DNA of 64,000 nt from Octopus vulgaris (lineage: Eukaryota). The DNA lies in the NCBI GenBank assembly GCA_951406725.2, contig OX597814.1, positions 185,380,001-185,444,000 of the forward strand, read 5' to 3'. Shown piece after piece: positions 14,725 through 27,093 of this stretch (position 1 is the stretch's first letter; every line of letters starts with the position of its first letter). The notes beneath the pieces are model-generated. The model did no database searches. It saw only the letters and a list, made by a program, of their open reading frames with translations, and was not told where the DNA came from. The position numbers were made by a program, and so were the translations under genes.

Positions 14725-14830
14725 CAAGCAGACAGACAGACTGAGATAGATAAGTAATTTAAATATATACATACACACACACACATAGAGAGAAAGATAT
14801 ACAGAAAGACAGACAAAGACAGACAGACAA

Positions 14831-14865
<35 letters not shown>

Positions 14866-14879
14866 TAGATAGATAGATA

Positions 14880-15325
14880 TGTTACTTTATTAGCCACACA
14901 GGGCTGCACACAGACAGGACAAATTACAAGGTAGAGCTTTTCTTTTGGGGGTAAAAAAAAAGGGGTTTTGGTTTTCGATCAAAAGGGATCGTAAAGGGAA
15001 AGAAAGAGGACAAAAAAGGGGGGAATAAAATTTTTTTTTAAAGGGGGGAGGGGAAAAAGGGAGAGGAAAAAAAATTGATCAATAGGGATCGTTATCACAG
15101 AAATGTCAATATGAAGTGTAAAGGGGAGGACAGGTGAGGTTTACCCGTGGAAAGAAAAGCCTACGGAAAAGACCACGGTAACCTCGGTCAATGAAGTCAC
15201 ATGTTATATTTCTTTTTTTTTTTTGCAAATAAGCAACTCTCTGTATTAATTTTTACGGTTCATAGAATCATAGTCAAGGTGGCTTCGTCATTCATACATG
15301 CCATCCTTGCTACATTCACCCATCT

Positions 15326-15326
<1 letters not shown>
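14880..15326 (-). mobile_element. Tx1/L1-clade LINE 3' end (last ORF2 codons plus 3' UTR), 5'-truncated, within a (GATA)n tract
   Basis: Minus strand RWVNVARMACMNDEATLTMIL*, T-rich UTR ending GCCCTGTGTGGCTAATAAAGTAAC; (GATA)n on both sides. Confidence 0.6.
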
Positions 15327-15389
<63 letters not shown>

Positions 15390-15472
15390 CAGAGAGACAG
15401 ACAATTAGACAGACAGACAGACAGACAGATAGATAGACGAACATACATACATACAGAAAGACAGACAGACAG

Positions 15473-15887
15473 GTAATTAAGTTAAGTTAATTTTGGGGCT
15501 CAAAAAGCAAAAAGCAAGGCCATGTAGGGGGACATGGAGTTATGTACAGGGTGGTGTTCATGTAAAGAGTTAAGGCCACTTGAGGTCAAGAGAGACTTTG
15601 AACCGAGCGGTCGTCGGCATCTTCACTGTCTCGTCCGGCAGCTTATTCCACGGATCCGCAACCCGGACGGAGAAAGCCCCTCTCCTTCGATTGAGATGAA
15701 ATCGTCGCAGATAGAGCTTTTCGGAGAGACCCCGCAGCCGACGCTCTGGAGCAGGAGTGAAGAACAGCTCTTTCGGGAGGTTACACTTTCCGCTTATGAT
15801 GTTGTGAGCAAGAATGAGATCACCACGGCGTCGTCGTTTTTCTAGAGAATAAAGGTCGAGCGTCTTCAGCCTTTCTTCATAAGACAA
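15473..15887 (-). mobile_element. CR1-clade LINE 3' end, 5'-truncated
   Basis: Open C-terminus LSYEERLKTLDLYSLEKRRRRGDLILAHNII...FSVRVADPWNKLP...FKVSLD; short UTR with (TTAAC)-like tail. Confidence 0.9.
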
Positions 15888-15894
15888 TAGATAG

Positions 15895-15991
<97 letters not shown>

Positions 15992-16488
15992 CAACAAAAA
16001 ATCACGCTCATTCCAATAAGAGATAAATATCAATTTAATACACAACCGAAAAAGTTACTAATATCTAATTTTATGCTTTTGTGATACTTGAACAGGTATA
16101 TTTATAAAATAACGCCATGTATGTCCAAGAAATCTTTCAGATCTGGAATTATACTGTCACAGCACCATTTTTTATTATTTTTATTTTTAGTAATGAGAAC
16201 ACAAAACAGAGCTTACTTCCATATAATTTAGTCTTCGCCATGGTGTTGGAGAAACTGAAAATGTTTAAAACCCATCTAAATCTAAATGAAATTGATAATT
16301 TTCCTCCCTTTTCCAATTCTCAAAATCTTACAAGGATACTTTAAGGTTTGAAACAACGGCTTGGAACGCCAGTACGCCAGATCGCTAAGCTCACACAAAT
16401 CCCATATAAAGATCTCCCAAACGTGATCATCATATCTTAATGTAATAATATTATATATATATATATATACAGATATATAGATATCTGT

Positions 16489-16577
<89 letters not shown>

Positions 16578-16592
16578 CTGTATATATATATA

Positions 16593-16656
<64 letters not shown>

Positions 16657-16719
16657 AAAAGATATATATATATATATATATATAGATATATGTATATATA
16701 TATATATATATATAATATA

Positions 16720-17308
16720 ATGATAAGAGTAAATAATTTCTATAAAGGCTTTTAAAAAAAACCCAATTATTTACTGGTAGAATTCGGTATGTAAATATAG
16801 CCGATTACCGGCAGGAACTTCCGTAAAGTTCAGTATATATATTGTATATAAGAAAAAGGGACAGGCAAAACAGGTTGCTTGACCGCATACCGAAAAAATA
16901 GAAATAGCAGTCAAGAATGCTTATTTCTATCAAAGTTGGACTCCGGGCATGACAGACCCTGTAATTCACATATGCAAAACAGAAGGAATAGATAACGAAT
17001 ACGAAGTCTGGCGGTTATCTGTGAACATCATGTTTCTGGATTATAAACATATTGAATATATATTCCATATATTTTGATATATATTTCATATATATTGCAA
17101 ATATATTTCACATCCTTCTTCAGCACAGCTTTCCATTGAAAAAGATTTATCATAGATTTATCAAATGCTACGTACCTCAAACCTTCTGACCATGCGACAT
17201 CAAAATATTTGAAGTAAGTGAGCAAAGGCTAAACCTACATAGACGTTTGACAGGGTCTGTCATGCCCGGAGTCCAACTTTGATAGAAATAAGCATTCTTG
17301 ACTGCTAT
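16720..17308 (-). mobile_element. Penelope-like non-coding repeat with hammerhead motif and a perfect 59-bp inverted repeat
   Basis: 16904-16962 is the exact reverse complement of 17250-17308; hammerhead lies between the arms. Confidence 0.6.
17019..17128 (-). ncRNA. Type-I hammerhead motif with a long AT-rich insertion in stem II
   Basis: Reverse strand CTGTG-CTGAAGA-aGGAT-[~70 nt]-ATCCa-GAAA-catgatg-TT-CACAG; 5-bp stem I, helix III ACAT-G-ATGT. Confidence 0.55.
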
Positions 17309-17896
17309 ATATATATATATATATACATATATATTTACTTTTACTTTTATTTTTACTTGTTTCAGTCATTTGACTGCGGCCATGCTGGAGCACCGCCTTT
17401 AGTCGAGCAAATCGACCCCGGGACTTATTCTTTGTAAGCCCAGTACTTATTCTATCGGTCTCTTTTTGCCGAACCGCTAAGTGACGGGGACATAAACACA
17501 CTAGCATCGGTTGTCAAGCGATGCTAGGGGGACAAACACAGACACACAAACACACACACATACATATATATATATATAACGGGAAGCTTTATGAAAATAG
17601 ACAAATGACGAAGGCAGGTGGAAAACAAACAAACAATTGTATTAGTATGGCGCTCAGGAAATATAAATAAAACAAGTCTTTAACGTTTCGAGCCTACGCT
17701 CTTCAACAGAAAGATACACAGAGAGAAAAATAACACAGAAAGAAGGAGAGAAAAAAATGCGTGCAGTAACTAACGAATCAACATGGCGATCTTATATATA
17801 TATATATATACAAAAAGCAATAAAGATTCAAGTTAATTTAAATGAATTTACTTGAATATGGTACCTAACTTAGATAGAAATAAGCATTCTTGACTG

Positions 17897-17931
<35 letters not shown>

Positions 17932-18392
17932 TATTTACTTTTACTTTTATTTTTACTTGTTTCAGTCATTTGACTGCGGCCATGCTGGAGCACCGCCTTT
18001 AGTCGAGCAAATCGACCCCGGGACTTATTCTTTGTAAGCCCAGTACTTATTCTATCGGTCTCTTTTTGCCGAACCGCTAAGTGACGGGGACATAAACACA
18101 CTAGCATCGGTTGTCAAGCGATGCTAGGGGGACAAACACAGACACACAAACACACACACATACATATATATATATATAACGGGAAGCTTTTTATGAAAAT
18201 AGACAAAAGACGAAGGCAGGTGGAAAACAAACAAACAATTGTATTAGTATGGCGCTCAGGAAATATAAATAAAACAAGTCTTTAACGTTTCGAGCCTACG
18301 CTCTTCAACAGAAAGATACACAGAGAGAAAAATAACACAGAAAGAAGGAGAGAAAAAAATGCGTGCAGTAACTAACGAATCAACATGGCGAT

Positions 18393-18412
<20 letters not shown>
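17281..18412. repeat. Near-identical ~600-bp tandem duplication containing a SINE 3' half and a ~200-bp hammerhead-like element
   Basis: 17281-17811 repeated at 17873-18412 with few differences. Confidence 0.9.
17578..17793 (-). mobile_element. ~200-bp non-autonomous element with variant hammerhead (core at 17677-17714); duplicate at 18178-18395
   Basis: Reverse strand TCTTT-CTGTTGA-a-GAGC-gtag-GCTC-GAAA-CG-TT-AAAGA; flanked by (TA)n. Confidence 0.65.
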
Positions 18413-18865
<453 letters not shown>

Positions 18866-19162
18866 TTTAACCACGCCTACGACAAGTTTCAAAAAGTTGA
18901 TAAAACTAACGCAACCTTATTAAACATGACAGTTTATCTGTCCCCTTTTTAAAATCAGTTTAGTCTTCGTTCTAATGAGAACCATTGGCCTAGACATTTG
19001 TGATTGTTTGATGTCATGTCTGTCTTCAAGATCATTAGCTGTCCTAATATGTTTGTTATGTTTTCCCCTTTTAATTCTTTGAAATCATTTTCTAAGGAAT
19101 GGTCTCTAAGGAACATGGCTCCATCACAGGAATTTAGATATTAGCAACCATATAGAGTTTCT

Positions 19163-19224
19163 TGTATATATGTAAGTATACGTTTATGTATGTATGTATG
19201 TATGTATGTATGTATGTATGTATG

Positions 19225-19255
<31 letters not shown>

Positions 19256-19719
19256 GTGTATATATATACTATGTATATACATATATACATATGTATGCAT
19301 ATATGTATGTACATATGAATGTATGTATGTATTATTTATGTATATATATTTACATATATATATACACTATGTATATAGGTATATACATATGTATGCATAT
19401 ATGTACATATGTATGTATGTATATATACTATGTATATGGGTATATACATATGTATGCATATATGTTCATATGTATGTATGTATATATACTATGTATATGG
19501 GTATATACATATGTATGCATATATGTATGTACATATGTATATATGTACATATGTATGTATGTGTATATGTATGTAAGTATATATATATATACTATGTATA
19601 TAGATATATACATATGTATGCATATATGCATGTACATATGTATGTATGTACATATGTATGTATGTATCTAGGTATGTATGCATGCATGCATGTATGTATG
19701 TATGTATGTATGTATGTAC

Positions 19720-19750
<31 letters not shown>

Positions 19751-19800
19751 TGTATGTATGTATGTATGTATGTATGTGTGTATGTATGCATGCGTGTTGA
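19163..19800. repeat. (TATG)n/(TA)n compound microsatellite with ~60-bp higher-order repeats
   Basis: Recurrent ATACTATGTATATRGRTATATACATATGTATGCATAT units. Confidence 0.85.
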
Positions 19801-20146
19801 TATACGTTTTCCTGGTTTTAGTTTTCGAATATCTTACCAATAGAGAAAGAGTCAGTTTCTAGCCTAGAAACAGGATTCCTACGTTGGAATTCGTACAGCA
19901 TCATTGGTGTACTCATATATGCACGTATGTATGCATGTATATATAAAAATAAATGTGTGTGTGTGTGTAGACGTATGTATGTAAATAGGTAGGTAGGTAG
20001 GTAGGTATTTAGATAGTTAGGTAGGTAGGTATGCATGGATGTATGCATGTATGCATAAAGCATACATGCGTATACATCTGTATGTTCTTACTCATACATG
20101 TGCAGGCATTGATGTCACTAACTATATGGATTTGTTTGATTTGACT

Positions 20147-20217
<71 letters not shown>

Positions 20218-20233
20218 CATTCACACACACACA

Positions 20234-20650
20234 TGCGCAGGAGTGGCTGTGTGGTAAGTAGCTTACTTGCCAACCACATGGTTCCAGGTTCATTCCCACT
20301 GCGTGGCACCTTGGGCAACTGTTTTCTATTATAGCCTCGGGCCGACCAAACCCTTGTGAGTGGATTTAGTAGACGGAAACTGAAAGAAGCCCGTCGTATA
20401 TATGTATATGTATATATGTATGTGTGTGTGTGTATATATGTTTGTGTGTCTGTGTTTGTCCCCCAACCTCGCTTGACAACCGATGCTGGTGTGTTGACGT
20501 CCCCGTAACTTATCAGTTCAGCAAAAAGTGACCGATAGAGTAAGTACTAGGCTTCCAAAGAATAAGTCCTGGGTCCATTTGCTCAACTAAAGGCGGTGCT
20601 CCAGCATGGCCGCAATCAAATGACTGAAACAAGTAAAAGAGTGAAAAGAG
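20234..20650 (+). mobile_element. Full-length tRNA-derived SINE with internal (TA/TG)n tract
   Basis: GCGCAGGAGTGGCTGTGTGGTAAG head, CCTTGGGCAA CORE-like motif, tail GCTCCAGCATGGCCGCA...TGACTGAAACAAGTAAAAGA. Confidence 0.9.
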
Positions 20651-20659
20651 AATATGTTT

Positions 20660-21476
20660 TTTTGGTTTAGGGATACTCAGCTTCCCAAGATTAGTAATAA
20701 AGCAGATGGTATCAAAATGCTTCGGGAATTATATATGTAAATCTGAAGCTACAATCCGAGTGGACAATCTGTACATTTTTCATTTCGTCATAGGTGTTCT
20801 CTTTTCTATTAATCTTTAACATTATGCTGGTCAACTAGTTTCCACTACCCTGAATATTTTTTTTGCTCTGCCAGATCATTATATCTGATCCGTTATGATC
20901 TCATTTTCTTGAAGTCGATACAGGAATATTCCACCAGCATTCTTACATCTTAAGACTGATTATCTCTTCCATGTCACTATAGCTTCTTATATCTTTATCC
21001 TAAGGACCATCCATTCTATGGATTGCATCATATGATGTTTTGGCAATGACATCATGTCTCATATGCTGATAATACAGTGATGACATTTGCAGACTATTTA
21101 CGATATGGGTGACATGTCAATTCCTCAAGGTCTGCAACATCTCAGTGGTTTATCTGCATTCCTATCCTTTTTATGCAGAAGGTATTTTGTTGTTATTTCT
21201 TGTTCTTGCATAAATGATATTGTGATGATATTTTTGGATAACTTCTTATAATGTGGGTGACATCCTCGGTGTTAATTCCATAGAGTCTGCATTGGTTGTC
21301 AAATCTAGGTGGATTATCTGCATCTTTATTCCTTTTATGCATCATGTATTTTGTTGGTATATCTTGTATTACGAAATAATACTCTTCAAAGTGAGAAATA
21401 ATATCCCAGCTGTCGGTCAAGAGAGACTACTTTCGTTATCAATATTACTGTCACTTTGAAGCTTTCTGGGAATATA
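20660..21476 (-). mobile_element. Decayed R4/Dong-type LINE 3' fragment with duplicated zinc-knuckle region; interrupted by a mariner
   Basis: Minus strand IISHFEEYYFVIQDIPTKYMMHKR...CRLYGINTEDVTHII and ECWWNIPVSTS...NGSDIMIW. Confidence 0.75.
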
Positions 21477-22041
21477 TTGGGTTGTCCGGAAAGTTCGTGC
21501 CGATTTTTAAAGGAAAGAAAAAGGTCAATAAATACTTGCCATTACATTTTTAATCAGCTAAATATGAAACATTTTGCTGCACAATGCGTCTCCATCTTTC
21601 CTTTAACTTGAAAATACCCTCTTCCCAGAATTCAGGTGGTTTCATAGCAAAGAATTCATCAAGGTATCTTTTTACGTCATCCAAAGAATTGAAATTTTTA
21701 CCATTAAGACTATTCTGCAGAGACCTGAATAAGTGGAAATCCGAAGGAGCAATATCTGGTGAATATGGAGGGTGGGGTAACACATCCCAGCCGAGCTGCA
21801 GCAATTTTTTTCTGGTTCCCAAAGCATCAAGTGCCGACAATGAACTTTCTTATCTTCCAATTTAAAGGGTTACAGAATTAACACAGGTTATAGGAACATA
21901 AACTTTTTCCCCGAAAAGATAGCTTAAACTGTGCCTTAAATGGAGGTGTAGTCAAATTCTATTTTATGGACTCAACTATGTTCCAAAATACGTCGAAAGG
22001 TAAGCTACTAAAAATCGGCACGAACTTTCCGGACAACCCAA
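21477..22041 (-). mobile_element. Internally deleted mariner (mellifera-subfamily-like), 565 bp
   Basis: Perfect 33-bp TIRs TTGGGTTGTCCGGAAAGTTCGTGCCGATTTTTA, TA on both sides; EDKKVHCRHLML fused to TRKKLLQLGWDVLPHPPYSPDIAPSDFHLFRSLQNSLNGKNF. Confidence 0.95.
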
Positions 22042-22889
22042 TAGTTCTGAGTGACTGTAAGTATATTATACGTATGTCATCAAAATGAGTACTTTATGTG
22101 ATTCACAGACAACGTAAAATTATGATTAAAGATACGTTTATTATATGTATATATGTATATATGTATGTGTTTGCGTGTGATTATAATTCCCAAACAACAG
22201 TATTTCGTTATTCAGTGTTTTAAGACCATATACGGGACATTGTTCGGGCGTGACAGGCTGGTGGAATGACACCTGTCTCGTTAGTAGTTAGTTGTTCTCG
22301 CCTGAAGATCGGACCAGCATGAAACTCACATAACGAGAGAAACAATTCCGTTCATATATAATATATATATTATATGTGCAAGTATGTGTATTTATATTTA
22401 CAGTTATACTCTAACATCATTATGTCTATAGTCAGACGAAGCAGTGCAGACGTTGAATTGATTTAATGTAGTGTTATATTAGTAAAGTCAAAAGTCTCAA
22501 TGTATGACATTCTAAATATCTGTTTGTACATGTATGCATTCATACATGTGTACATTCATACATATAGATATATCTGCAAGCAATTGCTAGTGTTTACAAG
22601 TCTGTGTATGCAGGAGTATGCGTTTGTGTGTGTTCATTCGCGCATTCGTAAATATGTGCGCATAGTTTTCTGTCTCCATTGATAGCGATGCGTCTGCTCA
22701 TGTGCGCATATTTGTATATCTGTGTATATATATGTGTGTGTGTGAGTGTGTATATTTGCACTCATGTATGCATGTGTGCGTGTGTGTGTATGAATCTATG
22801 TGTGCACGTAAATATGCATGCATACATGTGAAGTCCTTTTGTGTGTTTATGTGTATACTTGTATTTGCATGAATTAATGTATTTCACTG

Positions 22890-22949
<60 letters not shown>

Positions 22950-23043
22950 CATATATATACATACATATATGTATGTATGTATATATATATATGCATATGT
23001 TTATATGTATGTATGTATATATGTGTGTATGCATGCATTTATG

Positions 23044-23077
<34 letters not shown>

Positions 23078-23292
23078 TGTATGTATGTATGTATACGCGT
23101 GTGTATGAGTGTGAGTGTGTATTTATGCATATGGGTGCGTGTATATATGTGCGCGTGACTACTGCATCAGTCTGCTTTAGAGATTTTTTTTATAATGCTC
23201 GCTTGTCTCTCTTTCTCCCTTCTCTCTCTCTCCCTCCTTCTCTCTCTCCTTCTCCCCTTATCTCTCCTCTTCTCTCTCTACCCCACTCTCCT

Positions 23293-23332
<40 letters not shown>

Positions 23333-23541
23333 TTCTTGTTATAAGAAAAGTCTGGAATACGGTAATCCAATACAACAAATTTTTATATGACATTGGTTCA
23401 GATTTAATTTGTTTCAATTTGTTTTCTTAAACAACGTTGGCAGGTCTGTCTCTCGGTGCTACACATCATTATTGAACAAAAATAAACGTCTTCCTATTTT
23501 TCTTTCCTCGTCATCGACTGCAAAGAAAGTGAGGACATACC

Positions 23542-23620
23542 CAGGCCCGGATTAACCCTTAAACAATACAAATACGTGCTTGGGGCACCAAATGAAGAGG
23601 TCACCACAGGGTATTTTTCC
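23542..23620 (+). mobile_element. Possible hAT-type MITE left end
   Basis: CAGGCCCGGATTAACC start typical of CAGGGCCGGATTAA-ended non-autonomous hATs; no matching right end found. Confidence 0.35.
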
Positions 23621-23911
23621 AGCGCGATTTAACGGAGCACGAGTGGTAAATTATGTTTTCTCTTTTCTTTTTTCATGAATAAATTGAAATTTTTCGTTCA
23701 TTCCTGTTGCCTAAATTACAAATTTATAATCTATCTTAGATAACTTAGGATTTTGGATACAGGTTATATCTAACTCAATAGCACCACCCGGAGTAGTCTT
23801 TTAAAGTTATGCTTTAGGACAGCATAGCCCACTCAATTATTCGTTACCGCTGTTTAGTGTTAGCAAAATAAAATCACAAAAACATATCTTTTATATTTTA
23901 TATTTTACTTG

Positions 23912-24474
23912 GAAAATTACTATTTCTTAATTTCACAACGTGAGATATTCAGCAACAGTACTTTGTAGCAAAGATCGCTCGCCAACATAACACGGCAGTC
24001 CTGGTTTAGGACGAATGTTGCTGCAATTCGGCCCCGGGAGACATTGTCTCCAGCCGGCTATATGACACGAACTGTGTCCCTATATTTTCGAACAAGGGAA
24101 TCTAGAACCCGACTCAGCTCAAAACAATATCTGTGTATCGCGATTTCCGGGTTATTTCCCTTCATCAGTACAGAATAATTGTTCGGTTAGATGTGGCGCT
24201 GCCAAATTCCCGTTCGAAATATATAGTTTTCAAAGTGACAACTAGCCACTAATCTATAAATTAGAAAATTACTATTTTTAAATCTCACAACGTGAGATAT
24301 CACGATACACAGATATTGTTTTGAGCTGAGCGAGGGTACTAGATTCCCTTGTTCGAAAATATAATGACAAAGATCGTGTCGTATAGCCGGCTGGAGACGA
24401 TGTCTCCTGAGGCTGAATTGCAGCAACATTCATCCTAAACCAGGACTGCCATGTTATGTTGGCGAGCGATCTTT
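23912..24474 (-). mobile_element. Hammerhead-containing ~352-bp terminally redundant unit plus inverted partial copy (Penelope/retrozyme-like)
   Basis: Direct repeat 23912-23948 / 24264-24300; inverted arms 23970-24144 / 24299-24474; TTTATATTTTACTTG on both flanks. Confidence 0.75.
24130..24174 (-). ncRNA. Minimal type-I hammerhead ribozyme motif
   Basis: Reverse strand TCTGTa-CTGATGA-aGGGaaataaCCCg-GAAA-tcgcga-TA-cACAGA; helix III palindrome ATCGCGAT. Confidence 0.65.
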
Positions 24475-24924
24475 ATATTTTACTTGTTTCAATAATTAGA
24501 CTGCAGCCATGCTGGGACACCACCTTGAAGAACATTTTGCCGAATATTTAATATATTTGAGGAGTTTGGAGAGGAGTGTGGCCTCGATGATAATTGGATT
24601 TTTAATCTGTCGTATTCAACGCTTATGTCTTTATATCGAGGAAGTACTCTCACTGAGATCTAGTTCAGTGGATGTTAGTTGGCCTTAATTCGGCTCTGAA
24701 CATATCTCGTAGACCGTTCCCTTAGTCTTAAATTCCTCCATGGAGACCATAACAGGTTAAGATATGTTAAAATGAAACAATTAGCTTATCAGTAAAATGC
24801 TGAAAAATTGCACGTTTCGTGAAATTTGAGTAGCAGAGCATATTGTGAAATATTGTCTTGTAAGAACGAAGAACCGATGGCCTAGTATAATGCTCTTTAG
24901 TTAATTTATATTTGTTCATAGTAT

Positions 24925-25238
24925 ATTTCGCTGGCACTCCGACGGTTACAATGCCGAGGGTTCCAGTTGATCCGATCAACGAAACAGCCTGCTCGTGAAA
25001 TGACCGTGCAAGTGGCTGAGCACTCCGCAGACATACGTATGTTTAATGTAGTTCTCAGGGAGATTCAGCGTAACACAAAATGTGAGAAGGCTAGCCCTTT
25101 GAATTACAAGTACAACTTATTTTTGCTAGTTGGGTAGATATAGATAAAGTGAATTGCTCAAGGACGCAATGCGTCGCCAGTTTTCGAAATCACGACCTTA
25201 CGATCGTCAGCCGAACATCCTAACCATTGAGCCGTCAT
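24925..25238 (-). mobile_element. Diverged tRNA-derived SINE
   Basis: Reverse strand GGCTCAATGGTTAGGATGTTCGGC...TTGCGTCCTTGAGCAA. Confidence 0.65.
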
Positions 25239-26189
25239 GTATTTGTAGCACTTTTTGTGTTCAAGAATTTCTGTTCACCATAAATGTGACTGTTCCTTGA
25301 TTCAAAGTAGATTTTCTTTGTTTAACATTTCTTTCGTCCAAATCCTCTAGTGAAATTGTTACTAAATCAAGTTGCTTCTCCAGCATTGTTGATACGTCCA
25401 GTATCGATCTAGAACATTCATTTCGAAAGATTTAGTATCTGAAGAACAATCAATTGCGAAGGGGACGATAGTTGACAGAACCTTTGTGAGTTTTCAAAGG
25501 CGGCAATTACATTTGAAATTACTTTTGCCAGATGCAATGATTTCTGCAACTATGAGAAGAAAACAACCTCAAACACCTTTGTGTAATTAAACCATTATAT
25601 CACGAAGTTTCTTCAACGTTTTGAGCTTAACTTCAGACGACACAGTCTGACTAATTAGAACTTATTCGACACATCCCAAACACCTTATTTCCATCTGGCT
25701 GTAGACCAATCACGACTTTGTTAAAATCGCAAAGGTTTAGGAGAAATTGGTTTTAAACAGCTTGCATACAGTGCATCCATAATCTGTATGCTCTCAAGTC
25801 TATAGTCTGCCACGATTTGTTTTTTCCATTTTAGCTGCAAGATTAGTACGTGCGATGTCAAGCCAATTTGGTATGTCAGCTTGTACTTCTTTAGTACAGT
25901 AGAGCGCCGGCTTCTTGTACCAGTATTCAGCTAAAATTCTTCTCTGTACCTTCGCATTATTTCGGCTTGTAGTGAGAGTTACAGAAGTATAGTAGACTTA
26001 CTGTTCGTTCTGGTGATAAGATTTCAACCGCAAATTATTATTTAAGTTCTCTTCCGTTTTTAATTATTTGAAGTCGTGAGAAAAGCGTTAATTCTTTACA
26101 AAGATACATAGCTACGTCACTGGAATGTAGATAACAAAAGCAAAGTCACATTTTTAGACTTGAGAGAAGTCTTACTTATTTTTACTGTT

Positions 26190-26765
26190 TTATGTATGCA
26201 TGTATAGAGTAACTATAGATTTCTCAATAGTTCAGCGTAGGTATTCACTTTTTCACTGATCTTCAGCTTTATTTTAACATCCGCTAGGCAGCTGATATCC
26301 ACAATTGTACAGTTTCTCTCCTTGTCCTAAATAAGTATATCAGGTCTATTGTGTTTACATTTTATTGAGGTTTTCACTGAGCCATTCCACCAGTAATCCT
26401 TTTTATTATGAGTGGCTATGTCTTCCGCCTTACTCTAGGTTCTTATTTCTTTGTCCTCAGGGTTATTCTTCCGCCGGATCGCGTTATAGTGTCCCAACTA
26501 CATCATGTCTCATTGGTTGATAATACCGTGATGACATTTTTGGACAACTGCTTATGATGTAGGTGATATCTTCGGTGCTAACTCCACTAAATCTGCATGA
26601 GTTGTCATTTTACTGCTTTCCTTGTTTCTCTGTCTCTTTTGTGCATCAGGTATTTGGTTGATGTTTCTTGTTTCTGGATTGCAAACGCATGCCTTTCAAT
26701 GTGGGAGATAGTAACCCGGTTGTTGGTCCATGATAGACTGCCTTGATGATCGATGTTACTATCAT
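26190..26765 (-). mobile_element. Decayed R4/Dong-type LINE 3' fragment (CCHC plus RLE)
   Basis: Minus strand AFAIQKQETSTKYL...CRFSGVSTEDITYIISSCPKMSSRYYQPMRHDVV and YWWNGSVKTSIKCKHNRPDILI*DKERNCTIVDISCLADV. Confidence 0.85.
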
Positions 26766-26792
26766 CTCTATATATGTAAGTATGCATGTATG

Positions 26793-27093
26793 TCACCGTG
26801 ATCACCGTGACCGAAAAGGCTATTAGATGTTGCTACATATCACTGGTCACAATGCGTTTCGCATTGTTTTAGTCTTCAAATGAAACCACTCCGCTGGCTA
26901 TCAGAAGAAAGAATGAGAGAAAGTTGTGGCGAAAGAGTACAGCAGGGATCGCCACAACCCCCTGCCGGAGTTTCGTGTTTTTGCTTTAGGTGTTTTCGCT
27001 CAATAAACACTCACAACGCCCGGTCTGGGAATCGAAACCGCGATCCTACGACCGCGTGTCCGCTGCCCTAACCACTGGGCCATTGCGCCTTCA
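26793..27093 (-). mobile_element. tRNA-derived SINE (family of 6551-6835)
   Basis: Same head and (CACGGTGAT) tail. Confidence 0.85.

Noticed and set aside
25240-26150. ~900 bp of non-repetitive-looking sequence, possible transposase relic
   Set aside because: No ORF of 60 aa or more and no motif recognised in any frame
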